A DNA stretch of 64,000 nt from an uncultured archaeon. Its GTDB lineage: Archaea > Altiarchaeota > Altiarchaeia > IMC4 > SCGC-AAA252-I15. Position numbers and translations under genes: made by a program. Below, piece by piece: positions 29,652-39,535 of the stretch; position 1 is the first letter of the stretch, and the number at the start of each line of letters is the position of its first letter. The stretch covers positions 10,278 through 74,277 of the forward strand of contig CAYREE010000002.1 in the NCBI GenBank assembly GCA_964423225.1. The letters run 5' to 3'. The notes beneath the pieces are model-generated. The model was not told the origin of the DNA. It saw nothing but the letters and a program-made list of their open reading frames with translations, and did not search any database.

Positions 29652-30740
29652 TTATTCCTTTTGTTCTACGAGTGGTATTTTCCTGCAGTTTGGTGGAATA
29701 TACACCTGGTTGGTTAATGGATTGATTGTAGTATCGCTTTTATATGAATCGTATCCCATCGGCTCAAAATAAAGTCCTCCGCTTGGACCGACCTGAAGGT
29801 CCATTGGAATCCCTGAGTGAACATTCATGATTCCATCAGGAGTCCTTGTAGCATGCATTTCTTCTAAAAGTGTTTTACTAGGCTCATCGCCGTTAGTGGC
29901 ATCATCCCTGAATATCTTCATTCCTTTCCATGTATCATCGTATTCTAATACGTAATTGTTTGATCCCCTTTTCACTTTCCAGGTGTTTTTTTCTTGTCCT
30001 GGTGTAACCTCGTCCACAGTGCTATCCCCCTGGTTAGCCAGCTTTAATATATTCTGTGCGTCTTCTGGTTTAATCTCGGTTTCATTAAAGCTATGGGAAA
30101 CCTGTTCAGACATCCTCTCGAATGTTCGTCCTGTTTTTTTCTGCCATTCGAGGAATGGTGTTCTATCCCCGTCTTCAAGGAAAACCTCCGGTATTACAAG
30201 TGGGAGCCCCATCTTATCTGAAAGGGTTAATAGATGTTCTAAATGCCCCTCTTTCTTACTCCATGTGTGTGGCGATCCGTCGGGGACATAGAATCTGTCT
30301 GTGACGATCGCTGCCTGTCTAACCCCATTTATTGTCGCAGGCATTATCCCTGATATTATATCTGCCCTAAACCTGCCTTCCATATCGTTTGCCACATCTA
30401 TATTCCATGTTGGATCCATGACTCCCATCAGGTATTGGCTGTTATCGATACTATTGCTTCTGACATTTGGGTCTAGGCATTGTCCCTCAGCAGCCTTTAG
30501 TACACGGGTTAACTCGCATGTATGGCCCCATTCAAAGACTGATCCAGGACCTGTTTGCTTATCCTCTTCAGGCGGATTTATGATGTTTAGAATGTTTGTT
30601 ATGTCCTGTATTGCTGAAGCATCCTCATATGAGACTATTATCCTGTCAAGAACTGCCCTCTCATGTCCCTGCCCTTCTTTTGCAACCTCTTCTCTCACGT
30701 ATTTTCCAAGACGTGGATCGAATCCATCGACTTTACCCAA
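29652..30740 (-). CDS. Hypothetical protein (362 aa) downstream partner of giant ORF
   Basis: Co-oriented ORF 31 nt downstream of the 1817-aa ORF with the same elevated GC. No motif recognised. Confidence 0.5.
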   Translation of the reverse strand: MGKVDGFDPRLGKYVREEVAKEGQGHERAVLDRIIVSYEDASAIQDITNILNIINPPEEDKQTGPGSVFEWGHTCELTRVLKAAEGQCLDPNVRSNSIDNSQYLMGVMDPTWNIDVANDMEGRFRADIISGIMPATINGVRQAAIVTDRFYVPDGSPHTWSKKEGHLEHLLTLSDKMGLPLVIPEVFLEDGDRTPFLEWQKKTGRTFERMSEQVSHSFNETEIKPEDAQNILKLANQGDSTVDEVTPGQEKNTWKVKRGSNNYVLEYDDTWKGMKIFRDDATNGDEPSKTLLEEMHATRTPDGIMNVHSGIPMDLQVGPSGGLYFEPMGYDSYKSDTTINPLTNQVYIPPNCRKIPLVEQKE

Positions 30741-30771
30741 GGCACTTTCATAGGTTTCTTCTGCACCGATC

Positions 30772-33700
30772 TCAGAGTTTTACAACGCCTGCCCTTTTTT
30801 CTTGTAATAGCTTCAAAGTGTCAGAAAGAGGACCTGCGATATTTGCCATATAGTTTTCAGCCTGGTCATATGCTCCCTGTAGCTCGCCTAAATCAGATTC
30901 GAGGGGAGGTAGTCTCGGCCTTAATTCAGCTCTTTCCTCGTTTGTCTTAGCGTCGGTTATTGCTGCTCTTAGCTGTACGATGTCTCCCTGGAAGATCCTA
31001 GTACTGAATGATTCTCCGAAATCGAATCCAAGATCTTCTATCAAATCTGCATGCTGAGAGACTTTTTGCTCTCTACACTGGATTATCCTAGAGTTGATAT
31101 TGTTCACTGTTTTCTCGAAATTGCTTCCTATACCCCGTACGGCACCATATCTATTGAGTTGTTCTTGTTTTTCTCCTATCTCAGCCCTTTTCACTTCAAG
31201 AGCTTTTACTCTTTCTCCTTCAGGAAGATGTGCCACCGAGTCTAGGTAAGGTTGGACTTTTTCCATCTGTTGAGGGCTCTTTCTCAGCTTCTTGTTTTCC
31301 TGCATACGTCTAACCCTTTCCTCAAGTTCTGCTACCTGGTCTTTTGGATCCAGGTGAGCGACTTCATCAAGAATCGGTTGTGCTCCTTCCACCCAACTGG
31401 AATGCGCTCTAATCTTTCGGCATTCTCCAATCCCTGATTTCATGCTCTGCAATACTTTTACTGGTTTCTTTTGTATTGCCTTGGCTTGTGCTAACAATGC
31501 TTCTGCCTGCTCTTTCAATGGTTCGTCCTTTTCAAGCTGGGCTTTTACTTTCCCATCGTTTTTAGCAAGTCCTATTGCAGCATCCACTACTCTTTCCCTG
31601 GCATCAAGGTCGTCAATGTCCTGGTGTTTTGCAAGTGTGGCTGCTGTTTGCGTCCTTCTGATCTCAGAGTCAATGTTTTCTATATGTGAGTATTTTAATA
31701 CTCCAATAGCTTGATTAACTAGCGGTATCTCTTTGTTAAGCTCCCTATATTGTTGTTGGTATTGTTCCGGTTTTGTAGGATCTAACAATTCTATGGCTTG
31801 TAGTGCTGGGCTAAAGTGTCTCTTGTGGAATAAGTCGTCTAATAGTTTTGCAACTGACTCCACTCTTTCATCAACGCAGACATCAGAGAGAATATGTGTG
31901 GTCCTGTGACTTTGATTATTCCAGGTTGTTAGCATTGCTTGTCTTTGCTCTTGAGAATAATGGCTGTCAGGGAAAAGCTCTCTTGCCTGGGTGTTTTCTC
32001 TTCTGGCAGTAAGATATTCTACTGCAGTCTCTCTCTCATCCTCGTTTGGGAATAGTCTTTCCGCATCATCGATCATTGATGTTAATAATGCTGGATCATT
32101 TACCTTGAATTCTAAGTCTTTACCCATAAGAGCTGCTACTGCAACAGGTCTTAGCATGCATACTTTATCTTCATGTCCGAAATGAGTTAGGTTTGCATCG
32201 TAAACAGTGACGCCTGTTAGCCATCTTGCCAGCTGGTCTTCTGGCATATCGTCCAATAGATGGCGTGGATATTTCTTGCTCAGAATCTCAACTGCCTCAT
32301 CATTCACACCTTTTGCATATGCGTCAAAGCTTTCAGGCTTTTCTGAAAGTATTCCAAGGGCTGTTTGTGGCAATGTAGTTGTAGATAGGTTGTCTACCAT
32401 GGCCATGGCATCTATCAGCCTTTGTGGATTGTCGCGTACGGTATCTGGGAATTGGTTTAATAGTCCTGCCATAAGCGTTGTCTGTTCTGTTGGATGGTTG
32501 TCCAGGTAGTTGGCTACGTATTCTCGACAGTATTTATTCTTGTTTATCGGGCTACCTGCTGGTATACATGTTGTCAGTGTTTTTGCAAATTCTGGTGTCA
32601 TAGTATCGGGCGGGAATGCTCCTGCAATACCGTATAATGTTGCTGGCTGATATCCTGCACCCATCAATGTGTCAAGGGCGGTAGGATCACACATCAATAA
32701 CCTTGTTTGTGCTTGATTCCTGTCTATGAATCCGTATTCTGGCTGTTCTCTTAATTCCTCTGATATTTTATCCAAACTCTCCGCATGATTTCCATGGTTT
32801 GCTCCAAGGTTATCCATTACAACCGTACCCTCTGGGCTGGCGACTGCAGTTAAAATGGTTTCGGCCCGTGATTCGTTCGTATAACACCAATCATGCAGGT
32901 TCTTAGATTCTTGTCCCGAAAGCATTCCTGCAAATGTATTGAAGTTTTCTTGGCATCTCCCCATTACTGTTTGGTCTGGCATTTCCAGGCTCCCCTGAGC
33001 TACCTGTTGTTTTCTAACTAAACCTGCTACAAATCCTTCTGGTATGCTTCCTGTTGCTGTATATGAATCTCTCAGATGTGATAACAAATATTGGCTATGG
33101 GTTTGTAGGGTGTATACCTGCCATGGATCAGTTACTACAGTACTTGGTGCATCAACTCCTTCATTAGCCTTCACATTCTTGGGTTGATATATGAATTTTA
33201 TCCCATCGTCTTGCATCTCGGTGAGTGTTGCCTGTAATTCATTTCGTTGCTCGTATAATGGTATGCCTTGTTCAAAATGTTTTCTGTCATATGCATAGCC
33301 TAGTGGGCCAAGCATGGTGAATACTTCAGTCACTTTTCTTGCTGTTTCTATGTCACCTGCGGCTGCCAGGTCATTCATGTGTTCGAGATATTTTCTCACA
33401 GAAGTTTTTTGTTCTTTGCTTGGTTTATAGCCTTCAGCATTCCCCTGTTGATTTCCGCCGATAATCGTATTTACGATGTTTTTCATCCCTGTTATCGGGA
33501 ATTCTTCTGGATGATTTAGTTCAAGATTAAGTATTGTCAAACCCCCCGTACCACTGATTTCTTCTGGTATACCTATGGCCGGACTTGTTTCAAGATGTGT
33601 TTTTAGTTGGGTAGGGTTTGCGATATGAGTGTTGCCCATATGGTTGAAAACTTGTGTTGCTGTATCTTCTGGGAGTTTTTCTGATATTAGACCGCAAAGT

Positions 33701-36225
33701 TCGGAGTCATTTAATGCCTTCCTTCGATTTCCTTGATCGCCTTCATCTACTACTTCTCTTGCACTTTTTAGATATGATGTCGCAAGGCTGTCACTCATGC
33801 CTCCTGCGATCTTTAAGGCGTCTGCTAATGGCACGGAGGTTTGTTTCCCGCTCTCACATCGGTCTACTGCCATACCGAATCCCTCGGTTAAACTGTCTTT
33901 TCCAGGAAGGGATGATAGATGATGTAGTGTTTGTGCATCTGCAAGGGTATCATTAATCACTTTGACAATATTTGATTCTTCTGCAACAGGTGTTTTTTCT
34001 GCAGTATCAGGTTTAGCTTTTGGAGTTTCAGTGCTTGGTTTTTTACATCTTTTTTCAATCTCTCTAAAAACAGAATCGATCCTGATAACTCCTAGGCCTT
34101 CATCTCCAGATACTGTGATAAGTCCTTTTATGCTTCTTGGATTTCCTAACACTGGCTGTAATTCTTCTTTTTTCATTTTCATACCCCAATGTTTTATCTG
34201 TTCTGGCGATGCTTTTGCGTTTACCATTGCCAATGCCATGGTACCGAAGTTTTCAGGGATGGCTTCCATTGAATCTGTGACTTCAATTATTGCATTCATT
34301 GTTTCCTGGTTGGCTGTCCTACACAATGTTTTTGCTTGGGTGCTGGTCCAGAAATCCTTCCCACTATCCCAGTGTTTTGTCATCTTGTAATGATTTTGCA
34401 CGATAGCTAGTCCTACCTCGTCGCTTGCTGCCTCTAGAAGGGATATGTAGGTTGGATCTGCATATATTGAGTTATCTTCATGAAGGAGGGGTACAGCATG
34501 GTTCATATATGCTTTCGCTGTTTCAGGACCTAGATTTTGCACTGTCTGATGTGCGGCCTGTGCATTAAGACTGCCTTGTTCTGTGAAAAGCATTGTAGTT
34601 GCTTCATCTTTCAGCTGATATTGTTCCAGCATGAGATTTGCCCTAGTATTTCTAACCCTGGCGACGATCTCTGGGGTTACATCAGGTAGTATCTGCATCA
34701 AGTCTTCTCTCTGAGTATTAGAACAGATGACTCCCTGGACTATTCCCTTTCTAATCAGGTAATCTCTGACTCCTTGATCCTCTGGAAGAGAACGTTCTAA
34801 GTCCTCTATACTTCTATCATCTCTTGACATAATCGGATTCAATACATTACTGTGAGTCAAAAGCTTTCGGACATCCATTGGCTTTGAAGTGTCTGCTATA
34901 TAGTCTACGACAGCTATGCATCTATCTGCTACTTTTTCCAGTTTGGTTGAATCGCTTGCTTCGACCGTATCATGCATATTTTTAATGAGTATAGTAGATC
35001 TTAGCATGTTTTTTGTCTCAGGGTCTGCATTTGCTAGTTTTTCAATATAGTGTTTTCCGGCTTCTCTGCTTTCATGTTTTGAGTATGCCGTGCCAATATG
35101 TTTTAAGTTGTCGCCTTGAAAAAGGAATTGTAGGTCTTCTTGAGTTAGATTTTCACGGTTTGCAACCAGGTCATTAACAACCATTTCTCTATGTTCGTTG
35201 AAGTGGATTTTCATGAGGCCTTCTATTGCTCCAGGCATTTCAAGCAATCTTCTTCTTGCCTCAATGACGCTAGGATCCTCGTTTTCACCACCCTTCCACA
35301 TCTTTTTGAATTCCTCATGTTCCCATTGCTTACAATCCCAATCCATTTTTTTAGTCGCTGCTCTTAATCTGCCTGCAAGCACCTTAGCCTTAGGACCACC
35401 ACCGAAATCGTATATATCCAAGGATTCCTGGATCTCATCGAGCAGTGGGGATCCCTTAGCTGATTCAACCAGGGGGAAGGGTTCGCATTCCTTATAAGCT
35501 ATCTTTGTGAGTGTTGGATTACGGTTCCTGAACTGTATCTCATGGCCTGATCTTGTAGTCATTGTTATAACAATTCCTCCTTCTGCATGGCGGCGTCCCT
35601 CTCTTGTCACCGATCTTGCGACAAGGTCGTCGGTCCCCAGGTGTTCTGCCATTTTCTGTGTTGCTGATATCTGCTCAACATCGACTGCATATTCATCCAC
35701 TTCTCCAACACTTGACACGTTTTGTTCATGCGATTCTCTGATATTATGGACTGTATTCCTTTGAGACCAGAATCTTTGCTGTGATAAAAATGAGCCGATC
35801 CTTGTCCTCTTATCGGTTACGGTTAGATTGTGTAGTTCAGTTTTTTCCGCATGGAATGTCAGGTTTTCGAGATGGTCGGGCAGGCTTTCTCCTTCTCCAA
35901 TATTTTCAAGATGTTCTACGACAGCGGTAAGCGCTCTTCCAACAAGTCTTTTCTGCATCTCATGAGTTTGTCCGTAACGACTATCATCCATTGATTCAAG
36001 ATGTTGTAACTCAACATCTAATACATTCATAAGCCTTTTCGTATTGGTTGGGCCAAGCTTCTTTAATGCAGTGTGTCCTGTGGCATCATCAAGCTTTCCA
36101 AGAAGCTGTTTTCTGTCAGTGAAGAATTCATCATGTACTTTAAGGGTTAGATGATCCCCCTCCTCATGGATAACAAATTTTCCACGAGCATCTGAATGAG
36201 TAGGCTTGTGGACTTGTTTAGCCAT
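30772..36225 (-). CDS. Giant hypothetical protein (1817 aa), no TM or signal peptide, no recognisable catalytic motif
   Basis: Uninterrupted 5.4-kb ORF with consistent codon structure and GC visibly higher than neighbouring housekeeping genes. Internal tandem repeat near the C-terminus. Confidence 0.6.
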   Translation of the reverse strand: MAKQVHKPTHSDARGKFVIHEEGDHLTLKVHDEFFTDRKQLLGKLDDATGHTALKKLGPTNTKRLMNVLDVELQHLESMDDSRYGQTHEMQKRLVGRALTAVVEHLENIGEGESLPDHLENLTFHAEKTELHNLTVTDKRTRIGSFLSQQRFWSQRNTVHNIRESHEQNVSSVGEVDEYAVDVEQISATQKMAEHLGTDDLVARSVTREGRRHAEGGIVITMTTRSGHEIQFRNRNPTLTKIAYKECEPFPLVESAKGSPLLDEIQESLDIYDFGGGPKAKVLAGRLRAATKKMDWDCKQWEHEEFKKMWKGGENEDPSVIEARRRLLEMPGAIEGLMKIHFNEHREMVVNDLVANRENLTQEDLQFLFQGDNLKHIGTAYSKHESREAGKHYIEKLANADPETKNMLRSTILIKNMHDTVEASDSTKLEKVADRCIAVVDYIADTSKPMDVRKLLTHSNVLNPIMSRDDRSIEDLERSLPEDQGVRDYLIRKGIVQGVICSNTQREDLMQILPDVTPEIVARVRNTRANLMLEQYQLKDEATTMLFTEQGSLNAQAAHQTVQNLGPETAKAYMNHAVPLLHEDNSIYADPTYISLLEAASDEVGLAIVQNHYKMTKHWDSGKDFWTSTQAKTLCRTANQETMNAIIEVTDSMEAIPENFGTMALAMVNAKASPEQIKHWGMKMKKEELQPVLGNPRSIKGLITVSGDEGLGVIRIDSVFREIEKRCKKPSTETPKAKPDTAEKTPVAEESNIVKVINDTLADAQTLHHLSSLPGKDSLTEGFGMAVDRCESGKQTSVPLADALKIAGGMSDSLATSYLKSAREVVDEGDQGNRRKALNDSELCGLISEKLPEDTATQVFNHMGNTHIANPTQLKTHLETSPAIGIPEEISGTGGLTILNLELNHPEEFPITGMKNIVNTIIGGNQQGNAEGYKPSKEQKTSVRKYLEHMNDLAAAGDIETARKVTEVFTMLGPLGYAYDRKHFEQGIPLYEQRNELQATLTEMQDDGIKFIYQPKNVKANEGVDAPSTVVTDPWQVYTLQTHSQYLLSHLRDSYTATGSIPEGFVAGLVRKQQVAQGSLEMPDQTVMGRCQENFNTFAGMLSGQESKNLHDWCYTNESRAETILTAVASPEGTVVMDNLGANHGNHAESLDKISEELREQPEYGFIDRNQAQTRLLMCDPTALDTLMGAGYQPATLYGIAGAFPPDTMTPEFAKTLTTCIPAGSPINKNKYCREYVANYLDNHPTEQTTLMAGLLNQFPDTVRDNPQRLIDAMAMVDNLSTTTLPQTALGILSEKPESFDAYAKGVNDEAVEILSKKYPRHLLDDMPEDQLARWLTGVTVYDANLTHFGHEDKVCMLRPVAVAALMGKDLEFKVNDPALLTSMIDDAERLFPNEDERETAVEYLTARRENTQARELFPDSHYSQEQRQAMLTTWNNQSHRTTHILSDVCVDERVESVAKLLDDLFHKRHFSPALQAIELLDPTKPEQYQQQYRELNKEIPLVNQAIGVLKYSHIENIDSEIRRTQTAATLAKHQDIDDLDARERVVDAAIGLAKNDGKVKAQLEKDEPLKEQAEALLAQAKAIQKKPVKVLQSMKSGIGECRKIRAHSSWVEGAQPILDEVAHLDPKDQVAELEERVRRMQENKKLRKSPQQMEKVQPYLDSVAHLPEGERVKALEVKRAEIGEKQEQLNRYGAVRGIGSNFEKTVNNINSRIIQCREQKVSQHADLIEDLGFDFGESFSTRIFQGDIVQLRAAITDAKTNEERAELRPRLPPLESDLGELQGAYDQAENYMANIAGPLSDTLKLLQEKRAGVVKL
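31200..31390 (-). repeat. In-frame tandem protein repeat within giant ORF (ILDEVAHLDPKDQVAELEERV / YLDSVAHLPEGERVKALEVKR)
   Basis: Two similar peptide units of about 21 aa separated by about 25 aa, read from the translation. Confidence 0.5.
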
Positions 36226-36260
36226 ATCATTAATATTCAGGAATTACAGGTATAATAGGA

Positions 36261-37973
36261 TTATCTAGTCTTCACAGCAGCCCCTCTAGTGAAGTCTAGG
36301 ACTTCTTTCGGGGATAATACGAGGGTTCCATTGCGTATGAAGTTATCGTCTTTGTCGACTATGATGCATTCATCACCTGGCCTAAGCTCAGGATCGACAC
36401 TATCAACATATTTGCACATAGCGCTCTTACCTTCTCTTACAAATCCGACAGCCTCTTCCTCGTCAGATAAGACAACTCTAAGCCGGGGCGCTTTGAAGGT
36501 CTCCCACATTCTTCTTGCAAGTATTTCATGGGGTATGATAAAGTGGTCGCTTGCACGTATGGATGCGATCATATCCTTGCCTTCATAAATCCATCGCATC
36601 CTCCGTGTCTTCCTGCTCTTTTTAATCCTGACATTGTCTGGAATAAGTTCTCCAGCACCTTTACCAAATTGATAATCCATCAATGATTTAACCTTCAATA
36701 TGTCCCGTACTTGTGTCCTGTCAAAGTCATCATCAACAAGTGGACCGAACGGATAAATATCCACTACTTCATATGGTACTTTTCCAAATGGTGTGATATC
36801 CAGCTCATTAATACCTTCCACTCTCTCAAGCCTTTTCTTTGCATTGACTACTTCACTCCTTCTATCTGACTCGGCTCCAGTATAATAGAATGCACTGTTT
36901 TTAGTGATTGGATCAAGTTCCGCCATCCATCCAGTATGGTTCATAAGATTATCAAGCGCCTTCATCAATTCTGGATGACTTCTAAGCCGGGTCAATACAA
37001 GCTCCCATAGACTTCCCTCACAAATCGCTTGTTTCACCCTTCTTATCTCAGCAAGACTCACATATAGATTATGTCTTGCAAGAGCGTTCACCCGATCTTT
37101 TCCATACAAGTCCTTTAAGCCTATCCCATATTCACTGCATACCGGACAGTTACAGGGTATATGCTCCATCTCCATGATCTTTTTTGTCCCATATTCTGTG
37201 AGATACCTGTCATCCTGGGCGAATAATGCATAGGCTGCACTGTCGAACAAGTCACAGCCAAGAAGCGTGGCAAGTCCGAACACCATGGGGTGGCCTAGGC
37301 CGAATGCGTGGACGACCCTGTCTGTTGGGATGTTCTTTTTTACTGTTGCTATCACGTCGACTAGTTCAGCGAACCTGTATTTTTCCATGAGTGGTACAAT
37401 CCCTCCAACTGCAACGAGTGGGAACATGGATCCTATCTCACATGCAGCTTTCGCCCTCAAATCAAGGTATTTGCCACCTTGTATCCCTGCATTCACTAAG
37501 AATCCAGCATCTTTCGCTTCTTTTGCCCGCTGGATAGTCGTGTCAAGTTGTTTGGAAGCCCTTGGCTTATATGCGTCAGGTAGTGTGGGAATGTCTAGGA
37601 AGCTTCCTATATCTGAACCGATATCCTCTTCGAACTTAATAATCTCCTGGTTTGTTGCCTCGACAGCCCCGTAGACCATGAGTTGATAGCTTCCTGAATC
37701 GGTTGCTATGATACCCTCATAATCAAGGAGTTTATGGATGCCTTTAGCCAAGACATTTTCCTTTAGTTCTTCATTCTTTAGAAGCATATAAGCGTTAGTC
37801 ATAAGAGCGTTTATCCCGAATTCATCTACAAGCTCTTTAATACTGATTGTTGGCTTGGAAATATTGAATACTGGCATGAGGGCTGGAGTCTCGATCCTCT
37901 TCCCATTAATATCTAAGATCCCAATCCTTGCCGCCGCATCCTTGCGCTTTATCTCAAATGTGATATCAGCCAT
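36261..37973 (-). CDS. tgtA: Archaeosine tRNA-guanine transglycosylase (with C-terminal PUA domain)
   Basis: 570 aa with N-terminal TGT catalytic motifs, a Zn site (CNCPVC), and C-terminal extra domains typical of ArcTGT. Confidence 0.8.
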   Translation of the reverse strand: MADITFEIKRKDAAARIGILDINGKRIETPALMPVFNISKPTISIKELVDEFGINALMTNAYMLLKNEELKENVLAKGIHKLLDYEGIIATDSGSYQLMVYGAVEATNQEIIKFEEDIGSDIGSFLDIPTLPDAYKPRASKQLDTTIQRAKEAKDAGFLVNAGIQGGKYLDLRAKAACEIGSMFPLVAVGGIVPLMEKYRFAELVDVIATVKKNIPTDRVVHAFGLGHPMVFGLATLLGCDLFDSAAYALFAQDDRYLTEYGTKKIMEMEHIPCNCPVCSEYGIGLKDLYGKDRVNALARHNLYVSLAEIRRVKQAICEGSLWELVLTRLRSHPELMKALDNLMNHTGWMAELDPITKNSAFYYTGAESDRRSEVVNAKKRLERVEGINELDITPFGKVPYEVVDIYPFGPLVDDDFDRTQVRDILKVKSLMDYQFGKGAGELIPDNVRIKKSRKTRRMRWIYEGKDMIASIRASDHFIIPHEILARRMWETFKAPRLRVVLSDEEEAVGFVREGKSAMCKYVDSVDPELRPGDECIIVDKDDNFIRNGTLVLSPKEVLDFTRGAAVKTR

Positions 37974-38186
37974 GGGAATACTTATATCACAAGCCCTGAA
38001 TATAAGTTAAAAACAGGAATCTATGCTGTATTATTTTCGGGGATAATCACGGTCATATAGGCGCATGAATTACCTTAATTCATTCATGTTTTTTTATTAT
38101 ACTTACACATGCCTCTCTGATTTTTATACTCTCTCGAGATTGTATATAAGCTTTAATGAGTAAGTTATTAATCGAGGTGTAGTAGA

Positions 38187-38732
38187 GTGGATAATATCAA
38201 GGAATTGAGTGTTGGAGATGTGATGACACGGGGAGTTATCTGTGTTGACGAGGATGATACAGTAAAGATAGCTGCGGAAGTGATGGGCAAAAACGATATC
38301 TCGGCTGTCATAGTGGTTCGAAAGGGTGAGGGTATCGGTATTGTCACTGAAAAAGACATCATCTCAAAGATTGTTGCAGAAAACAAGAATCCCATGACTG
38401 TGAAGATCTCTGAAGTAATGACAACTCCGTTAATAACAATAGAGCCTGGAGCAGATATTGATGATGCTGCTAGGATAATGAGGGATAAGGAGATTAGACG
38501 ACTTCTAGTTAAGGAAAAGGGGAAAGTCATTGGAGTTATCTCCGAGTTCGATATAGTTAAAGTCGAGCCTGCACTACATCTTCTCATACAAGAGCATGCT
38601 AAATGGGATATTTCTACCGCGATGGCTGCTGGCGAGGGAATGATCGCTGGAATATGCGAGTCGTGTGAGAATTATACTGATAGTCTCACAAGTTTTGATG
38701 GTAGACTAATATGTGAGGAATGTACTGGTTGA
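38187..38732 (+). CDS. CBS-pair protein with C-terminal Zn-ribbon
   Basis: GTG start with SD GAGGTG. Two CBS motifs plus C-terminal CESCEN...CEEC. Confidence 0.6.
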   Translation: MDNIKELSVGDVMTRGVICVDEDDTVKIAAEVMGKNDISAVIVVRKGEGIGIVTEKDIISKIVAENKNPMTVKISEVMTTPLITIEPGADIDDAARIMRDKEIRRLLVKEKGKVIGVISEFDIVKVEPALHLLIQEHAKWDISTAMAAGEGMIAGICESCENYTDSLTSFDGRLICEECTG

Positions 38733-39496
38733 TGATGCAAGTCAAAGATGTGATGTCAACGAGTGTGGAATGTGTTAAACCAACCGATCAAGTAACACAT
38801 GCCAGGTCTCTTATTAGAGATAAGAGATTGAGGATTCTTCCCGTATGTGATGGTCGGAGACTAGTAGGTTTGCTGTCGCGTGGCGACGTTCTCAAAGTTA
38901 CTTCTACAAAGGCCAATATCACGATAGAGGGTATTATGCATACGAATATAGTCTCAGTAATGCCTGGCGATTCACTTTTGCAGGCAGCTCAAAAGATAGC
39001 GGATTCAAATGTATTATATCTTCCCGTTGTAGATGGTGATAGTCTAAAAGGGGTATTATCTTCGAGAAAGGTGTTGAATCATATAGTGGAAAACACTAAG
39101 AAGACGGATATAAAAGTAAGTGATGTTATGACTTCTGATGTTGTCACATGTAGTCCAGACGATGATTTATCATGGATATGGGATAAGATGATAAAATCCG
39201 GTCTTGGCGGACTGCCTGTTGTAGAAAAAGGTGTTGTCAAAGGCATGGTCACTAAAATGGATTTGTTGAATCGTGGTTCAGCCCGGCTTGTAAAAGAATC
39301 CGGGAAAGGAAAGAAGATTCACGTGAAGAAAGTCATGAAGAGTCCACCACATGTCCTAGGTATTGGAAAAACAGTGGCTGAAGCAGCATCAATGATGATT
39401 GAAAATAAGATTACCCGGCTGCCTATAGTCGATGGTAAGAACAAGCTTGTTGGAATAATTGATGTTGAAGATGTATTCAATGCATACCTGTCTTAA
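38720..39496 (+). CDS. CBS-domain protein (4 CBS motifs)
   Basis: Repeated hydrophobic-G-hydrophobic-hydrophobic-D CBS signatures. Confidence 0.6.
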   Translation: MYWLMMQVKDVMSTSVECVKPTDQVTHARSLIRDKRLRILPVCDGRRLVGLLSRGDVLKVTSTKANITIEGIMHTNIVSVMPGDSLLQAAQKIADSNVLYLPVVDGDSLKGVLSSRKVLNHIVENTKKTDIKVSDVMTSDVVTCSPDDDLSWIWDKMIKSGLGGLPVVEKGVVKGMVTKMDLLNRGSARLVKESGKGKKIHVKKVMKSPPHVLGIGKTVAEAASMMIENKITRLPIVDGKNKLVGIIDVEDVFNAYLS

Positions 39497-39535
39497 AATC
39501 CTATTATTATAATTGTTGTCCTAATAGTATCCAAG

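Noticed and set aside
31051-35764. Plus-strand ORFs antisense to the giant 1817-aa ORF
   Set aside because: Short, Ser/Cys/Phe-rich and wholly embedded in the 5.4-kb minus-strand ORF, which has consistent codon structure.
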